Origin: Auanema rhodensis
Lineage: Eukaryota > Animalia > Nematoda
Assembly: GCA_964057225.1 (NCBI GenBank)
Contig: OZ059897.1
Coordinates: 744,001-808,000 of the forward strand
Direction of reading: 5' to 3'
DNA: 64,000 nucleotides
This document shows positions 41,501-54,642 of this stretch, in pieces. A model generated the notes under the pieces. That model saw nothing but the letters and a program-made list of their open reading frames with translations. It was not told the DNA's origin and did no database searches. The translations under genes and the position numbers were made by a program. Every line of letters begins with the position of its first letter. Position 1 is the first letter of the stretch.

Positions 41501-44500
41501 GAATAAAATTGTCCATCGTCTTTGCCTTGAGAAAAGAAATCTAAGAACATCTAGTTTTTGTAAAATTATCTTGAAATTTTTCGGGAAAATTTTTGTCAAA
41601 ATGTTTTTGGAAGCAATGTTGAGTGTACATGGAAACTCAACATACACTAATGCATCATTTTTCAAACAATCATAAATAATTTTTGTATTGAGCGTTTCTC
41701 AATATAGTATAATGCATTCGATGCGGATTTTTAAGCTGCGTCGATCTGTGTTATCAGATTTGAGTTAGCTTAAAAATGCACCGAGATATCAACTGATATA
41801 AGTTCACACTTATATCCTCGATTTTCACCCTGAAGAATTAATTTTTTCGTTGAATAACATTGTCCATTGTCTTCGCCTTAAAAAAAAGAATCTAAAAACA
41901 TCTAGTTTTTGTAAAATTATCTTGAAATTTTTCGGGAAAATTTTTGTCAAAATGTTTTTGGAAGCAATGTTGAGTGTACATGGAAACTCAACATACACTA
42001 ATGCATCATTTTTCAAACAATCATAAATAATTTTTGTATTGAGCGTTTTTCAATGTAGTATAATGCATTCGATGCGGATTTTTAAGCTGCGTCGATCTGT
42101 GTTATCAGATTTGAGTTAGCTTAAAAATGCACCGAGATATCAACTGATATATGTTCACACTTATATCCTCGATTTTCACCCTGAAGAATTAATTTTTTCG
42201 TTGAAAAACATTGTCCATGGTCTTCGCCTTAAAAAAAGGAAATTAGAAACATTTACTTTCTGTAAAATTATCTTGAAATTTTTGGGATAATTTTTGTCAA
42301 AATGTTTTTGGAAGCAATGTTGAGTGTACATGGAAACTCAACATACACTAATGCATCATTTTTCAAACAATCATAAATAATTTTTGTATTGAGCGTTTCT
42401 CAATGTTATATAGTGCATTCGATGCGGATTTCTAAGCTGCGTCGATCTGTGTTATTAGATTTGCGCTAGCTTAAAAATGCACCGAGATATCAACTGATAT
42501 AAGTTCACACTTATATCCTCGATTTTCACCCTGAAGAATTAATTTTTTCGTTGAATAAAATTGTCCATCGTCTTCGCCTTAAGAAAAGGAATCTAAGAAC
42601 ATCTAGTTTTTGTAAAATTATCTTGAAATTTTTCGGGAAAATTTTTGTCAAAATGTTTTTGGAAGCAATGTTGAGTGTACATGGAAACTCAACATACACT
42701 AATGCATCATTTTTCAAACAATCATAAATAATTTTTGTATTGAGCGTTTCTCAATGTAGAATAGTGCATTCGATGCGGATTTTCAAGCTGCGTCGATCTG
42801 TGTTATCAGATTTGCGCCAGCTTAAAAATGCACCCAGATATCAACTGATATAAATTCACACTTATATCCTCGATTTTCACCCTGAAGAATTAATTTTTTC
42901 GTTGAATAACATTGTCCATCGTCTTCGCCTTAAGAAAAGGAATCTAAAAACATATACTTTTCGTGAAATTATCTTGAAATTTTTCGGGAAAATTTTTGTC
43001 AAAATGTTTTTGGAAGCAATGTTGAGTGTACATGGAAACTCAACATACACTAATGCATCATTTTTCAAACAATCATAAATAATTTTTGTATTGAGCGTTT
43101 CTCAATGTGGTATAGTGCATTCGAAACAAATGTTCAAGCTGCGTCGATCTGTGTTATCAGATTTGCGCTAGCTTAAAAATGCACCGAGATATCAATTGAA
43201 ATAAGTTCACACTTATATCCTCGATTTTCACCCTGAAGAATTAATTTTTTCGTTGAATAACATTGTCCATCGTCTTCGCCTTAAAAAAAGGAATCTAAAA
43301 ATATCTACTTTTTGTAAAATTATCTTGAAATTTTTTGGGGAAATTTTTGTCAAAATGTTTTTGGAAGCAATGTTGAGTGTACATGGAAACTCAACATACA
43401 CTAATGCATCATTTTTCAAACAATCATAAATAATTTTTGTATGGAGCGTTTCTCAATGTAGTATAGTGCATTCGAAACGGATTTTTAAGCTGCGTCGATC
43501 TGTGTTATCAGATTTGCGCTAGCTTAAAAATGCACCGAGATATCAACTGATATAAGTTCACACTTATATCCTCGATTTTCACCCTGAAGAATTAATTTTT
43601 TCGTTGAATAATAATGTCCATCGTCTTCGCCTTGAAAAAAGGAATCTAAAAACATCTACTCTTCGTTAAATTATCTTGAAATTTTTCGGGAAAATTTTTG
43701 TCAAAATGTTTTTGGAAGCAATGTTGAGTGTACATGGAAACTCAACATACAATAATGCATCATTTTTCAAACAATCATAAATAATTTTTGTATTGAGCGT
43801 TATTCAATGTAGTATAGTGCATTCGATGCGGATTTTTAAGCTGCGTCGATCTGTGTTATCAGATTTGCGCTAGCTTAAAAATGCACCGAGATATCAATTG
43901 ATAAAAGTTCACACTTATATCCTCGATTTTCACCCTGAAGAATTAATTTTTTCGTTGAATAACATTGTCCATCGTTTTCGCCTTGAAAAAAGGAATCTAA
44001 AAACATCTACTCTTCGTTAAATTATCTTGAAATTTTTCGGGAAAATTTTTGTCAAAATGTTTTTGGAAGCAATGTTGAGTGTACATGGAAACTCAACACA
44101 CACTAATGCATCTTTTTTCAAACAATCATAAATAATTTTTGTATTGAGCGTTTATCAATGTAGTATAGTGCATTCGATGCGGATTTTTAAGCTGCGTCGA
44201 TCTGTGTTATCAGATTTGCGCTAGCTTGAAAATGCACCGAGATATCAACTGATATAAGTTCACACTTATGACCTCGATTTTCACCCTGAAGAATTAATTT
44301 TTTCGTTGAATAACATTGTCCATCGTCTTTGCCTTGAAAAAAGAAATCTGAAAACATCTACTTTTCGTAAAATTATCTTGAAATTTTTCGGGAAAATTTT
44401 TGTCAAAATGTTTTTGGAAGCAATGTTGAGTGTACATGGAAACTCAACATACACTAATGCATCATTTTTCAAACAATCATAAATAATTTTTGTATTGAGC

Positions 44501-47500
44501 GTTTATCAATGTAGTATAGTGCATTCGATGCGGATTTTTAAGCTGCGTCGATCTGTGTTATCAGATTTGCGCTAGCTTAAAAATGCACCGAGATATCAAC
44601 TGATATACGTTCACACTTATATCCTCGATTTTCACCCTGAAGAATTAATTTTTTCGTTGAATAACATTGTCCATCGTCTTTGCCTTGAAAAAAGAAATCT
44701 GAAAACATCTACTTTTCGTAAAATTATCTTGAAATTTTTCGGGAAAATTTTTGTCAAAATGTTTTTGGAAGCAATGTTGAGTGTACATGGAAACTCAACA
44801 TACACTAATGCATCATTTTTCAAACAATCATAAATAATTTTTGTATTGAGCGTTTCTTAATGTATTATAGTGCATTCGATGCGGATTTTTAAGCTGCTTC
44901 GATCTGTGTTATCAGATTTGCGCTAGCTTAGAAATGCACCGAGATATCAACTGATATAAGTTCACACTTATATCCTCGATTTTCACCCTGAAGAATTAAT
45001 TTTTTCGTTGAATAACATTGTCCATCGTCTTCGCCTTGAAAATAGGAATTTAAAAACATCTACTTTTCGTGAAATTATTTTGAAATTTTTCGGGAAAATT
45101 TTTGTCAAAATGTTTTTGGAAGCAATGTTGAGTGTACATGGAAACTCAACATACACTAATGCATCATTTTTCAAACGATCATAACTAATTTTTGTATTGA
45201 GCGTTTCTTAAAGTATTATAGTGCATTCGATGCGGATTTTTAAGCTGCGTCGATCTGTGTTTTCAGATTTGCACTAGCTTAAAAATGCACCGAGATATCA
45301 ACTGATATAAGTTCACACTTATATCCTCGATTTTCACCCTGAAGAATTAATTTTTTCGTTGAATAACATTGTCCATCGTCTTTGCCTTGAAAAAAGGAAT
45401 CCAAACACATCTACTTTTCGTGAAATTATTCTGAAATTTTTCGGGAAAATTTTTGTCAAAATGTTTTTGGAAGCAATGTTGAGTGTACATGGAAACTCAA
45501 CATACACTAATGCATCATTTTTCAAACGATCATAACTAATTTTTGTATTAAGCGTTTCTCAATGTAGTATAGTGCATTCGATGCGCATTTTTAAGCTGCT
45601 TCGATCTGTGTTATCAGATTTGCGCTAGCTTAAAAATGCACCGAGATATCAACTGATATAAGTTCACACTTATATCCTCGATTTTCACCCTGAAGAATTA
45701 ATTTTTTCGTTGAATAACATTGTCCATCGTCTTTGCCTTGAAAAAAGAAATCTAAAAACATCTACTTTTCGTAAAATTATCTTGAAATTTTTCAGGAAAA
45801 TTTTTGTCAAAATGTTTTTGGAAGCAATGTTGAGTGTACATGGAAACTCAACATACACTAATGCATCATTTTTCAAACGATCATAACTAATTTTTGTATT
45901 GAGCGTTTCTTAATGTTGTATAGTGCATTCGATGCGGATTTTTAAACTGCGTCGATCTGTCTTATCCGATTTGCGCTAGCTTAAAAATGCACCGAGATAT
46001 CAACTGATATAAGTTCACACTTATATCCTCGATTTTCACTCTGAAGAATTAATTTTTTCGTTGAATAACATTGTCCATCGTCTTCGCCTTAAAAAAAAGA
46101 ATCTAAAAACATCTACTTTTTGTAAAATTATCTTGAAATTTTTTGGGGAAATTTTTGTCAAAATGTTTTTGGAAGCAATGTTGAGTGTACATGGAAACTC
46201 AACATACACTAATGCATCATTTTTCAAACAATCATAAATAATTTTTGTATTGAGCGTTTTTCAATGTAGTATAATGCATTCGATGCAGATTTTTAAGCTG
46301 CGTCGATCTGTGTTATCAGATTTGAGTTAGCTTAAAAATGCACCGAGATATCAACTGATATAAGTTCACACTTATATCCTCGATTTTCACCCTGAAGAAT
46401 TAATTTTTTCGTTGAAAAACATTGTCCATGGTCTTCGCCTTAAAAGAAGGAAATAAGAAACATTTACTTTCTGTAAAATTATCTTGAAATTTTTCGGGAT
46501 AATTTTTGTCAAAATGTTTTTGGAAGCAATGTTGAGTGTACATGGAAACTCAACATACACTAATGCATCATTTTTCAAACAATCATAAATAATTTTTGTA
46601 TTGAGCGTTTCTCAATGTTATATAATGCATTCGATGCGTATTTTTAAGCTGCGTCGATCTGTGTTATTAGATTTGAGTTAGCTTAAAAATGCACCGAGAT
46701 ATCAACTGATATAAGTTCACACTTATATCCTCGATTTTCACCCTGAAGAATTAATTTTTTCGTTGAATAAAATTGTCCATCGTCTTCGCAATAAGAAAAG
46801 GAATCTAAGAACATCTAGTTTTTGTAAAATTATCTTGAAATTTTTCGGGATAATTTTTGTCAAAATGTTTTTGGAAGCAATGTTGAGTGTACATGGAAAC
46901 TCAACATACACTAATGCATCATTTTTCAAACAATCATAAATAATTTTTGTATTGAGCGTTTCTCAATGTAGTATAGTGCATTCGATGCGGATTTTCAAGC
47001 TGCGTCGATCTGTGTTATCAGATTTGCGCCAGCTTAAAAATGCACCCAGATATCAACTGATATAAATTCACACTTATATCCTCGATTTTCACCCTGAAGA
47101 ATTAATTTTTTCGTTGAATAACATTGTCCATGGTCTTCGCCTTAAAAAAAGGAAATTAGAAACATTTACTTTCTGTAAAATTATCTTGAAATTTTTCGGG
47201 ATAATTTTTGTCAAAATGTTTTTGGAAGCAATGTTGAGTGTACATGGAAACTCAACATACACTAATGCATCATTTTTCAAACAATCATAAATAATTTTTG
47301 TATTGAGCGTTTTTCAATGTAGTATAATGCATTCGATGCGGATTTTTAAGCTGCGTCGATCTGTGTTATTAGATTTGAGTTAGCTTAAAAATGCACCGAG
47401 ATATCAACTGATATAAGTTCACACTTATATCCTCGATTTTCACCCTGAAGAATTAATTTTTTCGTTGAATAAAATTGTCCATCGTCTTCGCCTTGAGAAA

Positions 47501-47537
47501 AGGAATCTAAGAACATCTAGTTTTTAAAAATTATCTT

Positions 47538-47806
47538 GTGCATTTTTAAGCTAGCGCAAATCTGATAACACAGATCGACGCAGCTTAAACATTTGTTCCG
47601 AATGCACTATACCACATTGAGAAACGCTCAATACAAAAATTATTTATGATTGTTTGAAAAATGATGCATTAGTGTATGTTGAGTTTCCATGTACACTCAA
47701 CATTGCTTCCAAAAACATTTTGACAAAAATTTTCCCGAAAAATTTCAAGATAATTTTACAAAAACTAGATGTTCTTAGATTCTTTTTCTCAAGGCGAAGA
47801 CGATGG
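47538..47806 (+). other. 269-bp inverted (forward-orientation) partial monomer inside the reverse array, copy 1
   Basis: ...TTATCTTG|TGCATTTTTAAGCTAGCGC...GGCGAAGACGATGG|TCTTCGCCTTAAAA|ATTGAGCG. The array phase shifts by 168 bp (47089 to 47959 = 870 = 2 x 351 + 168). Confidence 0.96.
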
Positions 47807-50800
47807 TCTTCGCCTTAAAAATTGAGCGTTTCTCAATGTGGTATAGTGCATTCGGAACAAATGTTTAAGCTGCGTCGATCTGTGTTATCAGATTTGCGCT
47901 AGCTTAAAAATGCACCGAGATATCAATTGAAATAAGTTCACACTTATATCCTCGATTTTCACCCTGAAGAATTAATTTTTTCGTTGAATAACATTGTCCA
48001 TCGTCTTCGCCTTAAAAAAAGGAAATTAGAAACATTTACTTTCTGTAAAATTATCTTGAAATTTTTCGGGAAAATTTTTGTCAAAATGTTTTTGGAAGCA
48101 ATGTTGAGTGTACATGGAAACTCAACATACACTAATGCATCATTTTTCAAACAATCATAAATAATTTTTGTATTGAGCGTTTCTCAATGTGGTATAGTGC
48201 ATTCGGAACAAATGTTTAAGCTGCGTCGATCTGTGTTATTAGATTTGAGTTAGCTTAAAAATGCACCGAGATATCAATTGAAATAAGTTCACACTTATAT
48301 CCTCGATTTTCACCCTGAAGAATTAATTTTTTCGTTGAATAACATTGTCCATCGTCTTCGCCTTAAAAAAAGGAAATTAGAAACATTTACTTTCTGTAAA
48401 ATTATCTTGAAATTTTTCGGGAAAATTTTTGTCAAAATGTTTTTGGAAGCAATGTTGAGTGTACATGGAAACTCAACATACACTAATGCATCATTTTTCA
48501 AACAATCATAAATAATTTTTGTATTGAGCGTTTCTCAATGTTATATAGTGCATTCGATGCGGATTTTTAAGCTGCGTCGATCTGTGTTATTAGATTTGAG
48601 TTAGCTTAAAAATGCACCGAGATATCAACTGATATAAGTTCACACTTATATCCTCGATTTTCACCCTGAAGAATTAATTTTTTCGTTGAAAAACATTGTT
48701 CATGGTCTTCGCCTTAAAAAAAGGAAATTAGAAACATTTACTTTCTGTAAAATTATCTTGAAATTTTTCGGGATAATTTTTGTCAAAATGTTTTTGGAAG
48801 CAATGTTGAGTGTACATGGAAACTCAACATACACTAATGCATCATTTTTCAAACAATCATAAATAATTTTTGTATTGAGCGTTTTTCAATGTAGTATAAT
48901 GCATTCGATGCGGATTTTTAAGCTGCGTCGATCTGTGTTATTAGATTTGAGTTAGCTTAAAAATGCACCGAGATATCAATTGAAATAAGTTCACACTTAT
49001 ATCCTCGATTTTCACCCTGAAGAATTAATTTTTTCGTTGAATAACATTGTCCATCGTCTTCGCCTTAAAAAAAGGAAATTAGAAACATTTACTTTCTGTA
49101 AAATTATCTTGAAATTTTTCGGGAAAATTTTTGTCAAAATGTTTTTGGAAGCAATGTTGAGTGTACATGGAAACTCAACATACACTAATGCATCATTTTT
49201 CAAACAATCATAAATAATTTTTGTATTGAGCGTTTCTCAATGTTATATAGTGCATTCGATGCGGATTTTTAAGCTGCGTCGATCTGTGTTATTAGATTTG
49301 AGTTAGCTTAAAAATGCACCGAGATATCAACTGATATAAGTTCACACTTATATCCTCGATTTTCACCCTGAAGAATTAATTTTTTCGTTGAAAAACATTG
49401 TTCATGGTCTTCGCCTTAAAAAAAGGAAATTAGAAACATTTACTTTCTGTAAAATTATCTTGAAATTTTTCGGGATAATTTTTGTCAAAATGTTTTTGGA
49501 AGCAATGTTGAGTGTACATGGAAACTCAACATACACTAATGCATCATTTTTCAAACAATCATAAATAATTTTTGTATTGAGCGTTTTTCAATGTAGTATA
49601 ATGCATTCGATGCGGATTTTTAAGCTGCGTCGATCTGTGTTATTAGATTTGAGTTAGCTTAAAAATGCACCGAGATATCAACTGATATAAGTTCACACTT
49701 ATATCCTCGATTTTCACCCTGAAGAATTAATTTTTTCGTTGATAAAATTGTCCATCGTCTTCGCCTTGAGAAAAGGAATCTAAGAACATCTAGTTTTTGT
49801 AAAATTATCTTGAAATTTTTCGGGAAAATTTTTGTCAAAATGTTTTTGGAAGCAATGTTGAGTGTACATGGAAACTCAACATACACTAATGCATCATTTT
49901 TCAAACAATCATAAATAATTTTTGTATTGAGCGTTTCTTAATGTATTATAGTGCATTCGATGCGGATTTCTAAGCTGCGTCGATCTGTGTTATCAGATTT
50001 GCGCTAGCTTAAAAATGCACCGAGATATCAATTGAAATAAGTTCACACTTATATCCTCGATTTTCACCCTGAAGAATTAATTTTTTCGTTGAATAACATT
50101 GTCCATCGTCTTCGCCTTAAAAAAAAGAATCTAAAAACATCTAGTTTTTGTAAAATTATCTTGAAATTTTTCGGGAAAATTTTTGTCAAAATGTTTTTGG
50201 AAGCAATGTTGAGTGTACATGGAAACTCAACATACACTAATGCATCATTTTTCAAACAATCATAAATAATTTTTGTATTGAGCGTTTATCCATGTAGTAT
50301 AGTGCTTTCGATGCGGATTTTTAAGCTGCGTCGATCTGTGTTATCAGATTTGAGTTAGCTTAAAAATGCACCGAGATATCAATTGAAATAAGTTCACACT
50401 TATATCCTCGATTTTCACCCTGAAGAATTAATTTTTTCGTTGAATAATAATGTCCATCGTCTTCGCCTTGAAAAAAGGAATCTAAAAACATCTACTCTTC
50501 GTTAAATTATCTTGAAATTTTTCGGGAAAATTTTTGTCAAAATGTTTTTGGAAGCAATGTTGAGTGTACATGGAAACTCAACATACAATAATGCATCATT
50601 TTTCAAACAATCATAAATAATTTTTGTATTGAGCGTTATTCAATGTAGTATAGTGCATTCGATGCGGATTTTTAAGCTGCGTCGATCTGTGTTATCAGAT
50701 TTGCGCTAGCTTAAAAATGCACCGAGATATCAATTGATAAAAGTTCACACTTATATCCTCGATTTTCACCCTGAAGAATTAATTTTTTCGTTGAATAACA

Positions 50801-53800
50801 TTGTCCATCGTTTTCGCCTTGAAAAAAGGAATCTAAAAACATCTACTCTTCGTTAAATTATCTTGAAATTTTTCGGGAAAATTTTTGTCAAAATGTTTTT
50901 GGAAGCAATGTTGAGTGTACATGGAAACTCAACACACACTAATGCATCTTTTTTCAAACAATCATAAATAATTTTTGTATTGAGCGTTTATCAATGTAGT
51001 ATAGTGCATTCGATGCGGATTTTTAAGCTGCGTCGATCTGTGTTATCAGATTTGCGCTAGCTTGAAAATGCACCGAGATATCAACTGATATAAGTTCACA
51101 CTTATGACCTCGATTTTCACCCTGAAGAATTAATTTTTTCGTTGAATAACATTGTCCATCGTCTTTGCCTTGAAAAAAGAAATCTGAAAACATCTACTTT
51201 TCGTAAAATTATCTTGAAATTTTTCGGGAAAATTTTTGTCAAAATGTTTTTGGAAGCAATGTTGAGTGTACATGGAAACTCAACATACACTAATGCATCA
51301 TTTTTCAAACAATCATAAATAATTTTTGTATTGAGCGTTTATCAATGTAGTATAGTGCATTCGATGCGGATTTTTAAGCTGCGTCGATCTGTGTTATCAG
51401 ATTTGCGCTAGCTTAAAAATGCACCGAGATATCAACTGATATACGTTCACACTTATATCCTCGATTTTCACCCTGAAGAATTAATTTTTTCGTTGAATAA
51501 CATTGTCCATCGTCTTTGCCTTGAAAAAAGAAATCTGAAAACATCTACTTTTCGTAAAATTATCTTGAAATTTTTCGGGAAAATTTTTGTCAAAATGTTT
51601 TTGGAAGCAATGTTGAGTGTACATGGAAACTCAACATACACTAATGCATCATTTTTCAAACAATCATAAATAATTTTTGTATTGAGCGTTTCTTAATGTA
51701 TTATAGTGCATTCGATGCGGATTTTTAAGCTGCTTCGATCTGTGTTATCAGATTTGCGCTAGCTTAGAAATGCACCGAGATATCAACTGATATAAGTTCA
51801 CACTTATATCCTCGATTTTCACCCTGAAGAATTAATTTTTTCGTTGAATAACATTGTCCATCGTCTTCGCCTTGAAAATAGGAATTTAAAAACATCTACT
51901 TTTCGTGAAATTATTTTGAAATTTTTCGGGAAAATTTTTGTCAAAATGTTTTTGGAAGCAATGTTGAGTGTACATGGAAACTCAACATACACTAATGCAT
52001 CATTTTTCAAACGATCATAACTAATTTTTGTATTGAGCGTTTCTTAAAGTATTATAGTGCATTCGATGCGGATTTTTAAGCTGCGTCGATCTGTGTTTTC
52101 AGATTTGCACTAGCTTAAAAATGCACCGAGATATCAACTGATATAAGTTCACACTTATATCCTCGATTTTCACCCTGAAGAATTAATTTTTTCGTTGAAT
52201 AACATTGTCCATCGTCTTTGCCTTGAAAAAAGGAATCCAAACACATCTACTTTTCGTGAAATTATTCTGAAATTTTTCGGGAAAATTTTTGTCAAAATGT
52301 TTTTGGAAGCAATGTTGAGTGTACATGGAAACTCAACATACACTAATGCATCATTTTTCAAACGATCATAACTAATTTTTGTATTAAGCGTTTCTCAATG
52401 TAGTATAGTGCATTCGATGCGCATTTTTAAGCTGCTTCGATCTGTGTTATCAGATTTGCGCTAGCTTAAAAATGCACCGAGATATCAACTGATATAAGTT
52501 CACACTTATATCCTCGATTTTCACCCTGAAGAATTAATTTTTTCGTTGAATAACATTGTCCATCGTCTTTGCCTTGAAAAAAGAAATCTAAAAACATCTA
52601 CTTTTCGTAAAATTATCTTGAAATTTTTCAGGAAAATTTTTGTCAAAATGTTTTTGGAAGCAATGTTGAGTGTACATGGAAACTCAACATACACTAATGC
52701 ATCATTTTTCAAACGATCATAACTAATTTTTGTATTGAGCGTTTCTTAATGTTGTATAGTGCATTCGATGCGGATTTTTAAACTGCGTCGATCTGTCTTA
52801 TCCGATTTGCGCTAGCTTAAAAATGCACCGAGATATCAACTGATATAAGTTCACACTTATATCCTCGATTTTCACTCTGAAGAATTAATTTTTTCGTTGA
52901 ATAACATTGTCCATCGTCTTCGCCTTAAAAAAAAGAATCTAAAAACATCTACTTTTTGTAAAATTATCTTGAAATTTTTTGGGGAAATTTTTGTCAAAAT
53001 GTTTTTGGAAGCAATGTTGAGTGTACATGGAAACTCAACATACACTAATGCATCATTTTTCAAACAATCATAAATAATTTTTGTATTGAGCGTTTTTCAA
53101 TGTAGTATAATGCATTCGATGCAGATTTTTAAGCTGCGTCGATCTGTGTTATCAGATTTGAGTTAGCTTAAAAATGCACCGAGATATCAACTGATATAAG
53201 TTCACACTTATATCCTCGATTTTCACCCTGAAGAATTAATTTTTTCGTTGAAAAACATTGTCCATGGTCTTCGCCTTAAAAGAAGGAAATAAGAAACATT
53301 TACTTTCTGTAAAATTATCTTGAAATTTTTCGGGATAATTTTTGTCAAAATGTTTTTGGAAGCAATGTTGAGTGTACATGGAAACTCAACATACACTAAT
53401 GCATCATTTTTCAAACAATCATAAATAATTTTTGTATTGAGCGTTTCTCAATGTTATATAATGCATTCGATGCGTATTTTTAAGCTGCGTCGATCTGTGT
53501 TATTAGATTTGAGTTAGCTTAAAAATGCACCGAGATATCAACTGATATAAGTTCACACTTATATCCTCGATTTTCACCCTGAAGAATTAATTTTTTCGTT
53601 GAATAAAATTGTCCATCGTCTTCGCAATAAGAAAAGGAATCTAAGAACATCTAGTTTTTGTAAAATTATCTTGAAATTTTTCGGGATAATTTTTGTCAAA
53701 ATGTTTTTGGAAGCAATGTTGAGTGTACATGGAAACTCAACATACACTAATGCATCATTTTTCAAACAATCATAAATAATTTTTGTATTGAGCGTTTCTC

Positions 53801-54373
53801 AATGTAGTATAGTGCATTCGATGCGGATTTTCAAGCTGCGTCGATCTGTGTTATCAGATTTGCGCCAGCTTAAAAATGCACCCAGATATCAACTGATATA
53901 AATTCACACTTATATCCTCGATTTTCACCCTGAAGAATTAATTTTTTCGTTGAATAACATTGTCCATGGTCTTCGCCTTAAAAAAAGGAAATTAGAAACA
54001 TTTACTTTCTGTAAAATTATCTTGAAATTTTTCGGGATAATTTTTGTCAAAATGTTTTTGGAAGCAATGTTGAGTGTACATGGAAACTCAACATACACTA
54101 ATGCATCATTTTTCAAACAATCATAAATAATTTTTGTATTGAGCGTTTTTCAATGTAGTATAATGCATTCGATGCGGATTTTTAAGCTGCGTCGATCTGT
54201 GTTATTAGATTTGAGTTAGCTTAAAAATGCACCGAGATATCAACTGATATAAGTTCACACTTATATCCTCGATTTTCACCCTGAAGAATTAATTTTTTCG
54301 TTGAATAAAATTGTCCATCGTCTTCGCCTTGAGAAAAGGAATCTAAGAACATCTAGTTTTTAAAAATTATCTT

Positions 54374-54642
54374 GTGCATTTTTAAGCTAGCGCAAATCTG
54401 ATAACACAGATCGACGCAGCTTAAACATTTGTTCCGAATGCACTATACCACATTGAGAAACGCTCAATACAAAAATTATTTATGATTGTTTGAAAAATGA
54501 TGCATTAGTGTATGTTGAGTTTCCATGTACACTCAACATTGCTTCCAAAAACATTTTGACAAAAATTTTCCCGAAAAATTTCAAGATAATTTTACAAAAA
54601 CTAGATGTTCTTAGATTCTTTTTCTCAAGGCGAAGACGATGG
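54374..54642 (+). other. 269-bp inverted partial monomer, copy 2
   Basis: Same junction sequences as copy 1, exactly 6836 bp downstream (53925 to 54795 = 870). Confidence 0.96.

Noticed and set aside
47538-47820. Sequencing fold-back artefact or site-specific invertible switch
   Set aside because: The same three junctions occur twice, and the inverted segment differs slightly from its flank. The flanks are duplicated, so it is not a conservative recombinase inversion. Read-level confirmation is still advisable.
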